From Malacoraja senta (taxonomy: Eukaryota): a stretch of DNA of 64,000 nt. A program made the translations under genes and the position numbers. Of this stretch, positions 50,716 to 62,078 are shown piece after piece (position 1 is the first letter of the stretch; every line of letters starts with the position of its first letter). The stretch covers positions 16,060,001 through 16,124,000 of the forward strand of contig CM075990.1 in NCBI GenBank assembly GCA_038087875.1. Reading direction: 5' to 3'. Under the pieces are notes generated by a model. That model was not told the origin of the DNA and did not search any database. It saw only the letters and a program-made list of their open reading frames with translations.

Positions 50716-51851
50716 ATAGAGGTTAATAACTGCCAGACAGTGGACAGGGTGTTCAATGTCAAAGAGCATGGAAACAGGCCCAAAGGCCATCTGCATCAAT
50801 GCCAACCATCGAGCAACCATCTACACTAATTCTGCTTTTCACCCAAATTCTTGCCACCACCCAACCACAATGCAGGAATTTTACAGTAGCAAAATAACTT
50901 ACCAACCCACATAACTTCGTAATGCGGGAGGAAACTGGAGAACCCAGAGAAAAATTACAGTCATAGGGAGAACATGCAAACTCCACCAAGACAGTACGCA
51001 GGGACAGGAACGTACCGAGGTTTCATGTGCTTCGAGGCCACAACACTAATCAATGTACCAGTGAGCCCCCATGTATGGGGAGAAAAGATGTCAAAGAGAA
51101 CGGTCTTTGTCCAACCATCTGCATACCAAATAACCCGCCTCACCTGTGTCCACCTATTACATGCCAAGCTTTGTACTGTGCCTCCTCCAACTTTCTCCCC
51201 CCCTCCCCTACAATCAGTCTGAAGAAGGATCTCAACCTGTAACATCACCGATCCATGTTACCCCGAGATGCTGCCTGACCCGATGAGCACTCTGTCTTTT
51301 TTTATAAACCAGCATCTGCAGTTCCTTGATTCTACAATTCATTCACCTTGTTCCAAATGCTGTGAACATTTGTTAACCTACTGTGTTGCTTGACAATGTT
51401 TTTGCCATGTATTTACTGCACTTAATCCTTTTCTGACCCCCTTCCTATTTTGTCTCCATCCTTCCTTAATTTCTTTTGAGGTTTCCATCAACCATCCAAA
51501 CTAGTTGAACAGGTTCGACCAATGCTTTTTGGCTCTTTAGAAGAATGGATTGCAGATCTTATTGAAACACATGATTCTGAGAGGGGAGCTGTTGCCAGGA
51601 TGATTCCCCCGATGGGAGTGATAAAAACATGTTTCAGGATAAGATTACTGAAATTCTATTCCCAGAAGGTCACGGATCTTCGGAATTTTCTGCCCCGGAA
51701 TGTTGTGAAGGCTGAGCCACTGAGGATGAGACGGATTTCTGGATGATAGTCAGGAAAGGAGATAGAAAACTTAGTAGCATGATATCAAGTTGACAAACTT
51801 TCCCTCAATGTCAGCAAAATGAAGAAGCTGGTCGTCGACTTCAATTTCCAA

Positions 51852-52246
51852 GTGTAAACCCTCACAATAACAGACCTCCATCTAATGGATTTTGCATGGC
51901 TGCCATTGCACCACCCATCCCACCTCCACCAGTTACCCAACAAGCTGGTGCCACGTGGCGGGAGCTTCTGGTTGTGGGAGCAATGAGAGTGAGCAGCATG
52001 AAGGCAGCGTGAGTACCGGGCTCGTCCCTGGTACACCGTGTGTAGGACCCCCCCGGGGGCTCCACGGCTCCTTGGCCTGTAAATTCCCGCTTGTTTAAAC
52101 CCCCTCACCAATGTCGCATTACTTCCCTCCCTGCCTTGGGTTAAACATCACCCCTCCCCCCCCTCACTCGGTTATGGAAGACAATCAGCAATAATGGTCA
52201 CCACCCCACCCCTCCCTTATGGTTCGTTATAACGAGGGTTTACTGT
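51852..52246. mobile_element. Tigger/pogo-like MITE inserted in a Rex1-like relic (51790-52550)
   Basis: Termini GTAAACCCTCACAATAAC / GTTATAACGAGGGTTTACTG-TA. Confidence 0.65.
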
Positions 52247-52559
52247 ATCACAAACAATTTGTCTTGGTCCAATCGCATTGACTCTAAAGAAAGCACACCA
52301 ATGACTCTACCTCCTCAAAAGGCTAAGGAAATTTGGCGTGACTCATAATTTCTACCGATGCAGCATGGAAACCATCCTATTGGATACCTCACAGTTTTTC
52401 CGAAGACCACAAGAACTGCAGAGAATTATGATTGCAACCTTGTCCATCAGACAAACTAGCCTATCACCCACACCCCCTTCCCCCCCACCCCCACCTCCCT
52501 CCATCTACTCTCCACTCTGTCTCTGGAAAGCAGCCAACATAATCTAACATTATTGTTCC

Positions 52560-53590
52560 TCAGCCCCGCACTGTCAGCTTCTATCCCATTCCAAAAATTC
52601 ACAAACAGGACTGCCCTGGCAGACCCATTGATTCTGCCTGCTTCTACCCCACAGATCTCATCTCTAAACCCCTTGATTCCATCCTATCCCCACTTGTCCA
52701 GTCCCTTCCGACCTTCATCCAGGACATTTCACACTCACTTCAACACTTCAATTACTTTGTTTCCAGGTCCCCATTGCCTCATCCTTACCATGGATGTTCA
52801 GTCCTTTTGCACCTCCATCCCCCTCCTCTACTAACACTCTCCTCCACCTGGCAGAACTTGTCCTCACCCTCAACAACTTTTCCTTTGACTCTTCTCACTT
52901 CATCCACGTTAAAGATGTAGCCATAGGCACTAGCATGGGCCACAACTATGCCTGCCTTTTGGTTGGTTACATCAAACCCATCGCCCAACTTTTCTCCACT
53001 ACATTGATGACTGCATCAGGGCTGCCTCCTGCACCTGTGCAGAACTCATTGATTTAATTAACTTTACCACTAATTTCCAACATGCCCTCAAGTTCACAGA
53101 CTATTTCCGACACTTCTCTCCCTTTTCTTGATCTCTGTCTCCATCACAGCGGACAGACTATCAACGGACATCTCCTACAACCCTACCGGCTAGCACCCTG
53201 CCTGTTGCAAAGCCGCAATCTCCCACTCTCAATTTCTCCATCTCTGCCGCATTTGCTCCAAGATGAGGCTTGTCATTCTAGGACATCTGAGATGTCTTCA
53301 TTTTTCAGTGAACATGGTTTCCCCCCTGATGTCACAGATGGATCCCTCACCTGCATCTCCTCTATGTCCCATAGTTCTGCTCTCACTCCCCCTGCCACCA
53401 GACAAGAATAGAGTTCCCAGGTCCACACTTTTCACCCCATCAGCCACCGTATCCAACACATCATCCTCTGACATCTCCATCACCTCCAACATGATCTCAT
53501 CACGAGTCACCCATCTTCCCATCTCCAACCCTTTCTACCTTAGTGCAGACACCACTCCCTTTGTAACTTCTTGCTTCATTCATCCCACAA
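52560..53590 (+). pseudogene. Penelope-like reverse transcriptase remnant
   Basis: LILTMDVQSFCTSIP, LAELVLTLNNFSF, VAIGTSMGHNYACLLVGY and LHYIDD motifs across frameshifts. Confidence 0.85.
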
Positions 53591-54442
53591 GGCCATAAAG
53601 CCTGCTAAATTTACGCTATTGCTTCCCCTTCTTTGCTCTTGCAAGATTTATGTATAACGTGTCTTTGTCAGTTGTCTGAGTCCATGTGCCTGTGATGCTG
53701 CTACAAGTAAAATATTCATTGTAACTGTATTCACTGCACTCGTGCGAATGACAATAAATTACACTTGACTTCATTTGACTTTGCTTTTGCCCTTCCAAAT
53801 TATTTCCTCACAAGTGCCGACCCAGTTCCCTTTTGAAGTTTCAGATTAATTGTTTCCGTCTCCGATGCAGGCAACGGATTCCAGGTCATAACTACTCTCA
53901 GACATTGGGACAGGTACATTAAAAGACATTTGGACAGCGACATGGATGGGAAAGGTTTAGAGGTATATGGGCCAATGCACGCAGGTGGGACTAGTGTAGA
54001 TGGGGCATCTCGGTCGGTGGGGGGCAAGCTGGGGCATTTTCATGCTGAATGAAAATTCAGTTATGCTAGGACTTGCTGTAAAAATCTTATTCCTCACAAC
54101 TGCTTTGTAACTTTTGCCTTCAAATTTAAACCTCTCTGCTCTGATCCATGTTTTTCTCTATTTTGTCTTAATCATATATCCAATATTTTATGGCATTAAT
54201 GTATTTGAATTTTAAGGGTTACAAATTCAAGATAACTTCAGTATTGGATTTCATATTAATTGTCTGATTATAATATACTATCAGTATATTTATCAGAAAT
54301 TGATAACTGCCCTTTTTACTCCGAATGTCTATTACACATTGGGGACAAGCTCGTGAATTTCACCATGATTGAAAAAAATCGAACAATTTTTGTGACATTT
54401 TCCATTATAAATTATACCAAGTAAAACATGATGTCGTTAATA

Positions 54443-55780
54443 TGTGTATGAAGGAACTGCAGATGCTGTTTTAAACCAAAGATAGACACAAAATGCTGGA
54501 GTAACTCAGCGGGACAGGCAGCATCTCTGCAGAGAAGGAATGGGTGACATTTCGGGTCGAGACCCTTCTTCAAACTGACGTCAGGGGGGGTGGGAGATAG
54601 ATAGATAGATAAGGAAGTGTGAAGGTGTGAAAACGGCAAAGGGAATGGAGATCAAGGAGCATGTAGAATAGATCATTGTTAGCTGGGAGGTAACAACAGA
54701 TCAAACAGAGATAAAACGTAGTCGGAGACGGTAAGACTGGTCGGAGAACTGGGAAGGAGGAGGGATGGAGAGAGAGGGAAAGCAAGGTTTATTTGAAAGT
54801 TAGAGAAGTCAATGTTCATACTGCTGGAGTGTAAGCTTCCCAAGCAAAATATGAGGTGCTGTTCCTCTAATTTGCGGTGGGCCTCATTCTGACAATGGAG
54901 GAGGCCCAGGACAGAAGTGTGGGAATGGGAGAGGGAGTTAAAGTGTTGAGCAACCGGGAGTTCAGGTAGGTTCAGGCGGACTGAGCGGAGGTGTTCAGCG
55001 AAACAATCGGCAAGCCGATATAGAAGAGTCCACACCTGGAACAGCGGATACAGGAGGATGAGGTTGGAGGAGGTGCAAGTGAACCTCTGCCTCACCTGAA
55101 AAGACAGTTGGGGTCCTTGGATGGAGTTGAGGGGGGAGGTATAGGGACAAGTGTTGCATCTCCTGCAGTTGCATGGGGAATCTACATGAGGAGGAGGTGG
55201 TTTGGGTGGAAGGGAAGAGTTGACCAGGAAGTTGTGGAGGGAATGGTCTCTGCGGAAAGCGGAAAGGGGTGGAGAAGGGAAGATGTGGCTAGTGGTGAGA
55301 TTCCATTGGAGGTGGCGAAAATGTCGGACGATTATATGTTGTATCCGATCGCTGATGGGGTGGAAGGTGAGGACAAAGGGGACTCTCCCTGTTAGGACTT
55401 GGGGGAGGGGAAACAAGAGCGGAGCTGCCGAATATCGAGAAGACCCTAGTGGGGGCCTCGTGTATGATGGAAGCGGGAATCCCCATTCCCTAAAGAATTA
55501 GGACATCGGGGTATGGAACACTTCATCTTGGGCGCCAATGCGGCATAGACGGAGGAATTGGGAGGAGAGGATAGAGTCTTTGCAAGAAGAAGGGTGGGAA
55601 GAAGTGTAGTCTAGATAGCTGTGGGAGTCAGTGGGGTTTATAATAGATGTCAGTTGATAGTCTGTCTCCTGTGATGGTTGGGAGATTTCAGCGATGGTCC
55701 AAGTGAATTTGAGTGCAGGATTGAAATTAGAAGTAAAGTTAATGAAGTCAGTGAGTTCTGTATGGGTGCAGGAGGTAGTC
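54443..55780 (-). mobile_element. 5'-truncated Penelope-like retroelement: RT C-terminus, Cys-rich linker, GIY-YIG endonuclease and hammerhead-bearing terminal repeat
   Basis: ORF 54679-55416: VPFVLTFHP, PCNCRRCNTC, FTCTSSNL, RLADCFAEHLRSV, PVAQHFN, RKLEEQHLIFCLGSL...MN; core (T)TGAAGAAGGGTCTCGACCCGAAATGTC at 54546-54573. Confidence 0.92.
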
Positions 55781-56163
55781 CAGTGTTAATAACTGGTTTT
55801 AATATATCATTGCCGTGTACTGGAAACAGAATAACAGTTTGAAAAGGTTTGAAAAATTGAATTCTCCAATTTTAGTTAGCTACAAAACTAGACATTTTGG
55901 AAATATAGGGTGCATCATCCAAATTCCTCATTCTTTTTCCTAATTAAAATCTTGTACGACAAAACAAAAAAAAAAGTGCTGTAAAATAAAAGTTCTGAAA
56001 CTTTTAAGAAGAAATTCAAACAAAATGTTGTACAATGGTCTGCGTTTCTTGGTTAGATGTGCTCGTTTTTAGTAACTTCACTCTTTACTGCAGCTAAGCT
56101 AAAGCGGTGCTTTCGATTCACATTCACGTCGAGATCTGAAACGTGACTGGTAAAATCAAATAA

Positions 56164-56288
56164 TGTAGGAAGGAACTGCAGATGCTGGTTTACACCGAAG
56201 ATAGACATTAAATGCTGGAGTAACTGCGTGGGATAGGGAGCATCTCTGGAGAGAAGGAATGGGTAACGTTTTGGGACGAGACCCTTCT
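56164..56288 (-). mobile_element. Solo Penelope-like terminal repeat, family A
   Basis: Reverse copy truncated within the hammerhead core. Confidence 0.8.
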
Positions 56289-56683
56289 ACATTATTCACT
56301 TATCATCCATATGTGCACTGTGAATGGCTCGAGTGTAATGTATGGTCTTTCCGCTGACTGGTTGGCACGCAACAAAAGCTTTTCACTGTACCTCGGTACA
56401 TGTGACAATATTCAGTATTCAGTATTAACTTTATTGTCATTTCACAGAGTACTTGCATATGCAGAAGAAACAAAAAATTGTTTCTCATCAGTTTTTGTCA
56501 GTGCAATTAATAAAAACAGAAATAAATACATACAACTTTAAAAATTATCATATCTAAAATAGACCTAAAATTGAACTAAAAACAGACATTCAAACCGAAC
56601 AGTGACTTTACCTTAGGAGGTAGACAAAAATGCTGTTGAAACTCAGCGGGTGCAGCAGCATCTATGGAGCGAAGGAAATAGGC

Positions 56684-56711
56684 AACGTTTCGGGCCGAAA
56701 CCCTTCTTCAG
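56684..56711 (-). ncRNA. Minimal hammerhead ribozyme core
   Basis: CTGAAGAAGGGTTTCGGCCCGAAACGTT. Confidence 0.7.
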
Positions 56712-56712
56712 A

Positions 56713-56740
56713 CTGAGGAAGGGTTTCGGGCCGAAACGTT
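56713..56740 (+). ncRNA. Minimal hammerhead ribozyme core (one stem II mismatch)
   Basis: CTGAGGAAGGGTTTCGGGCCGAAACGTT. Confidence 0.6.
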
Positions 56741-57039
56741 GCCTATTTCCTTCGCTCCATAGATGCTGCTGCACCCGCTGAGTTTCTCCAGCATTTTTGT
56801 GTACCTTCGATTTTCCAGCATCTGCAGTTCCTTCTTGAACACGAGTGACTTTACCTTGACAGGTGTCCAGCTGTCAAGGTTTGGGTGAGGTTAGATGTGC
56901 GGGGTGTATGTGTATGGGGAAGGGACATAGATAATATATTAAAACTTAAACTTAACAGAGGTAAACGGAGAGCAGTTAAACTGCGCGACTGAAATCATTT
57001 GCATTCTGTGCCAGCAACAGGTATGCATTTTTTTTTGCA

Positions 57040-57693
57040 GAACGGCAGCAAAGTGAAATGGGGGGGGCGGGGGGAGCAAGCGGGCAGCCCCCGGGTTTGG
57101 GGGACGGACATTACAAGGAGAAGGTGTTGATGGCATTGGCATGGGGACAGTTGCAACCAGTGCAACAACACACAACGCGGGCACGGTGGTGATCACAGCA
57201 GCGACCCCAGCAACGCTGCGCCCATGCGCTTGCACGCCAATCAACCCTGCCCATTGCACAGCACAGGAGGGGTGAATGCACGGGGAATGTCGTGTAAACA
57301 TCGCGCTGGAAAGGCGTAGCAAAACCCGGAGCCGGTGTAGGTTTGCCGGCGGTGATTGTAAATGCAAATGGAGTGGTTGGGAGCAATGGAGCGCCGGGGG
57401 TGCAGCGTGGAAGGGGAGGTGCGTGTCCGGGATCACCCCCTGCGAGGAGAGCGGGCGGGCGGGGATCCGGGCTCGGCTCACGGTCACCGCTTGCAGACGC
57501 GACCGACGCAGCGGCAGCAGCAGGCAACACACGCTCTGTCCTTTACTGTTGTAGCGCTCAAAGTCACCCTCACCCTCTCACCTGCTGCTCGCTCCCCTCC
57601 CTCCCTCCCGCAGCTCATTCAAGAGGATCCCCCGTCTTGTCAGAGGCGTCCGCACCATTGCACGCCCCCGCGGACCAAACCAAAGAGCGGAGA
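57040..57693 (+). promoter_or_regulatory. ELOVL6 CpG-island promoter/5'UTR with SRE-like and CCAAT motifs
   Basis: CCAAT 57237-57241, ATTGG 57135-57139; SRE-like GTGGTGAT 57186-57193, GAGGGGTGA 57267-57275, GGCGGTGAT 57348-57356, ATCACCCCCT 57432-57441. Confidence 0.7.
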
Positions 57694-57782
57694 ATGAACA
57701 TGTCAGTGATTTCTCTGCAGGAATACGAGTTTGAGAAACATTTCGATGAAAGGGGAGCCATAGCGTGGATGCAGGAAAACTG
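57694..57782 (+). CDS. ELOVL6: Elongation of very long chain fatty acids protein 6, first coding exon
   Basis: MNMSVISLQEYEFEKHFDERGAIAWMQENW closely matches the vertebrate ELOVL6 N-terminus; 89 nt, ending in a phase-2 GTGAGT donor; later exons not seen in the window. Confidence 0.95.
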
Positions 57783-57806
57783 GTGAGTGGATTGCAGTGC
57801 ACTGCA

Positions 57807-57960
57807 TTTAAGAAGGAACTGCAGGTGCTGGAAAATCGAAGGTAGGCAAAAAATGCTGGAGAAACTCAGCGGGTGCAGCAGCATCTATGGAGCGAAGGAA
57901 TATTTCCTTCGCTCCATAGATGCTGCTGCACCCGCTGAGTTTCTCCAGCTTTTTGTCTAC
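57807..57960. mobile_element. Young fold-back Penelope-like insertion (family B), hammerhead absent, in ELOVL6 intron
   Basis: Perfect 46-bp inverted repeat 57855-57900 / 57904-57949; CTGCA at both flanks. Confidence 0.9.
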
Positions 57961-58780
57961 CTGCAGGTGTGTAAAGCCTCGGCGCCTGGTTAAAGGATGC
58001 ACCGCTCCCAGTTTAACATCAGACCCACTCAAACGCGTAAACAGTTCGAATATAGATCGAAAATCCGGTCCGGGTTATCAATAATCACGGGAGAATGCTT
58101 CTGGTCTGCTTCTGACGAGGTGTGGATTGTATTCTCGTGAAACTAGTTGTAATTTTGCATTAAAAGATGTGTTCCTTGTATTCAGAGTCGCGGTGTGTGT
58201 GTGACCTAATTGTAATTGACAGTGTGCAATGATCGGGTGTAACCGTATCTGCCCATCAGGGTTGCAGGTAAACAGGCCGGAATAGGGTGGATGCCTTCAA
58301 TAAAATGCGGATCGTGTCCAAGTGAGACATTGTAAGACATGTTTTGTAGCAATGCTCAGTGATTCTGATTGCCTGGTGATTGTTACTCAGGAACCACGGA
58401 TTTGAGAATGGGTGATTGAGGCACGATTAGCAACTTCCACCGTGACTGTAGACCTGTCAGGTACATCTGTAATCACCCCCTGATGATAGCTTACACTATC
58501 TGGCATCATTTTCCAGACAGTATAATAAATACCAACGTCGTGGTACATTACAGAATGTGAAGAATATTTGCAGCCCTTAAATTGGCCAGGCCCGATGTGG
58601 TAAATGGGATTCATTGACATTCCTGTATTTACAAGATACCAGAGTGTAACAGTGGTGATGCACAATGCTTTGTCCAGCGTGCAGCTACTTTGCAACAAAA
58701 CCCAAATATTAAAACCATAAACATGCATTACAAAACACAAAGTGCTGAGAGAACTCAGGCAGCACGTGTGGAGCAAATGG

Positions 58781-59541
58781 ACATACATAGATACATAGAT
58801 ACATAGAAAAGAGGTGCAGGAGTAGGCCATTCGGCCCTTCGAGCCTGCACCGCCATTCAATATGATCATGGCTGATCATCCAACTCAGTATCCCGTACCT
58901 GCCTTCTCTCCATACACCCTGATCCCTTTAGCCACAAGGGCCACATCTAACTCCCTCTTAAATATAGCCAATGAACTGGCCTCAACTACCCTCTGTGGCA
59001 GAGAGTTCCAGAGATTCACCACTCTCTGTGTGAAAAAGTTTTTCCTCATCTCGGTCTTAAAGGATTTCCCCCTTATCCTTAAGCTGTGACCCCTTGTCCT
59101 GGACTTCCCCAACATCGGGAACAATCTTCCTGCATCTAGCCTGTCCAACCCCATAAGAATTTTGTACGTTTCTATAAGATCCCCTCTCAATCTCCTAAAT
59201 TCTAGCGAGTATAAGCCAAGTCTATCCAGTCTTTCTTCATATGAAAGACCTGACATCCCAGGAATCAGTCTGGTGAACCTTCTCTGCACTCCCTCTATGG
59301 CTATAATGTCCTTCCTCAGATTTGGAGACCAAAACTGTACGCAACACTCCAGGTGTGGTCTCACCAAGACCCTGTACAACTGCAGTAGAACCTCCCTGCT
59401 CCTATACTCAAATCCTTTTGCTATGAAAGCTAACATACCATTCGCTTTCTTCACTGCCTGCTGCACCTGCATGCCTACTTTCAATGACTGGTGTACCATG
59501 ACACCCAGGTCTCGCTGCATCTCCCCTTTTCCTAATCGGCC
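58781..59541 (-). mobile_element. Young CR1-clade LINE 3' end
   Basis: Open 211-aa RT C-terminal ORF 58885-59520, 3' UTR and (ATCTATGT)n tail; splits an older Penelope-like repeat (58730-58780 plus 59545-59580). Confidence 0.95.
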
Positions 59542-60424
59542 ACATGCAATGTTTCTGGTCAGGATCCTCCTTCAGACTGAGGGAGTAATGGGCAGAATGC
59601 TGCAAAAGAGAGGCAGGGTGTGTGGTAAAGCTTGACAAGTGAGAGGTGGATACAGATGAGGGAGGGGGCGATTGGCAGATGGGTGGAGATGGTGACAAAA
59701 GCAGCAGCTGAACATGGGTGTTAGGTAAGGAAAGACTAGGAGGAGTGAAGTGTGAAGCCAGAGGATGGTAGAGTCTGAAGAAGGGTCCCAACCAGAAACA
59801 TCTCTTACTCTTTTTCTCCAGAGAAGCTACCTGACCTGTTGTTACTCCAACATGTAGTGTCTATATCCAGAGGGATGGATATCGGTGGAAGGGGTTGGGT
59901 GGGTGGGGGAGTGGGGGGGGAGAGGATACACTGTTATGGGACCAGGATTGTATGTGGGGTGGGGGGGGGGAAGGAGGGAGCAGAGTGACTGAGGTGAGGG
60001 GAGAGATGATTATCTACTGTGGTAGATGGTGCAGCGAGATGTGAGGGGTATATTACTTGCGATATTAGTTTAAATACAGTGCATATGTATACATATATCC
60101 ATAACAGCAGAATATATGTTTGCAGATAAGCAATATAACTGTCTTTAGTTCTTGTAATTGAATTTATTCAGAGACATGATCTGAGCAGAGATGAAGTCAT
60201 TATCTTGGTTGCTGCAGAATACAGATAATCCATAAGTGGCCCTGGTTTTAGAATTCATGTGATGTTGTTTGACACATGGAGGAGAAGTGTTCAAGTAGAT
60301 TTTTTAAAGGTCGTGGCATCCCCTGAATGTTGTTCACTTTGGAAATTATTGCAAAACAAGATTGGCAACTTTATAATTTCTTTCAAAGTCAGCGACAATG
60401 GAAAGTTGATGGAAGAGGGAGGAG

Positions 60425-60610
60425 AGTCACAAGAGACTGCAGATGCTGGAGTCTTGAGTAAAACGCAAAGTGCTGGAAGAACTCGGTGGACCATGCAGCA
60501 TCTATGGAGGAAATGGTTGTGGGTTCCAACCTGAAATGTTGTCTGTCCATTTCCCTCCAAAGATGCTGCCTGGCCCGCTAAATTCCTCCAGCATATTGGT
60601 TTTTGCACAG
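60425..60610. mobile_element. Older fold-back Penelope-like repeat
   Basis: Diverged inverted arms GCTGGAAGAACTCGGTGG...GCAGCATC / GATGCTGCC...CCCGCTAAATTCCTCCAGC. Confidence 0.7.
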
Positions 60611-61270
60611 GTCGATTGAAGACTTCTTTCAACTTGAGTTCTGCAGAGTTTGGTTGTCAGTGGAACTGAGTTCTCATAACCTTAAAGAGAAATGCATATT
60701 CATCGCTTGATGATAAAAAAAAATATGTGATGCAATGGGAATAGATCTATTGCATGTCTATCATTGCAAGAGGGACAGAGTATTGCTATAAATTTGTGTT
60801 TTGTAGAAACCGTGGTAATCGAAGAGACAAACAGCGCAGTGATGCGGCTAGTAAAGTTGCTGCAGGGACTCAGGTTTGCTCCTGACCTCCCTTCCATTGC
60901 ATGAATTATCCCCAAGGCGCTCCAGATTGCTCCCACATCCCAAAGATACGCAGGATGGGAGAAGAATTGTACTGTAGATTGGCATTGTAGATTGTCCCTA
61001 ATGTGTAGGAGACTGGTTGAATCTGGGGGAGCGGGGTGGAATAAAATAAAACTTCATATGTAATGAGTCCTTGTATGGACTCTGTGGGCTTGAGGACTTG
61101 TTTTTATGTTCTGCGACTCTATAATAACTATACACATGAGTATTGTTAAGTCCATTGCTCGGTACAGTATTGCAGCAATATTAACTGCATAAAGTTTTAG
61201 TTAGAGTAAGCTAATTTCAACCCTGGGGAGGAGTTGCCTTCTCGGATCTGAAAACAACAAAGAAACACTT

Positions 61271-62078
61271 TATGTGCAGGAAGGAACTGCAGGTGCTGGT
61301 TTACACCGAAGGTAGACACAAAATGCTGGAGTAACTCAGCGAGACAGGTAGCATCTCTGGATAGAAGGAATGGGTGATGTTTCAGATCAAGACCCTTCTT
61401 CAGACTGAGAGTCAGGGGAGAGGGAGACACAGAGATAAGGAAGGGTAAGGTGTGAAAACAAGACATCAAGAGATGTGGATCAAGGAAAATGTAGAATAGA
61501 TCATTGTTGGCTAGGTGAAGGTGACAACAAAGCAAACAAACAAAATGTAATTTGGGACAGTCAGACTGGTCGGAGAACAGGGAAGGGGGAGGGAATAGAG
61601 AGAGAGGGAAAGCAAGGGTTACTTGAAGTTAGAGAAGTCAATATTCATACCGCTGGGGTGTAAGCTACCCAAGCAAAATCTGGGGTGCTGTTCCTCCAAT
61701 TTGCACTGGGCCTCACTCTGACAATGGAAGAGGCCCAGGACAGAAAGGTTGGTGTGGGAATTGGAGCAGGAGAAAGTGTTTAGCAACTAAGTGCAAGCAA
61801 ATGTTTAAACCTTGCACAGGCTCGGTGATCGTTTCACTGAACACCTCCGCTCAGTCTGCCTAAACCTACCTGATCTGTCGGTTGCTAAACGCTTTTAACA
61901 TTTTCCTTGATCTTTTGATGTCTCATTTTCACACCTTACCCTTCCTTATCTCAGTGTCTCCCTCTCCCCTGACTCTCAGTCTGAAGAAGGGTCTTGACCC
62001 GAAATGTCACTCATTCCTTCTATCCAGAGATGCTGCCTGTCCCGCTGAGTTACCCCAGCATTTTGTGTCTAATATCTT
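61271..62078. mobile_element. Penelope-like insertion with inverted terminal repeats and GIY-YIG C-terminal fragments
   Basis: Inverted arms ~61310-61495 / ~61899-62070, cores at 61376-61403 (-) and 61981-62008 (+); 13-bp TSD CAAAGAAACACTT (61258-61270, 62079-62091). Confidence 0.9.

Larger units (their letters stand above)
56615..56843. mobile_element. Young fold-back Penelope-like insertion (family B) with two back-to-back hammerhead cores
   Basis: Arms ~56619-56711 / 56713-~56805 around a 1-nt spacer; 14-bp TSD AGTGACTTTACCTT (56601-56614, 56844-56857). Confidence 0.93.

Noticed and set aside
56615..56843. Classification of the palindromes as DNA-transposon MITEs
   Set aside because: The arms are the 3' terminal repeat of the GIY-YIG retroelement, are asymmetric and have variable centres
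57343..57786. 147-aa ORF as an N-terminally extended ELOVL6
   Set aside because: Begins at a non-ATG codon in the GC-rich promoter; homology starts at ATG 57694 and the frame leaves by splicing at 57782
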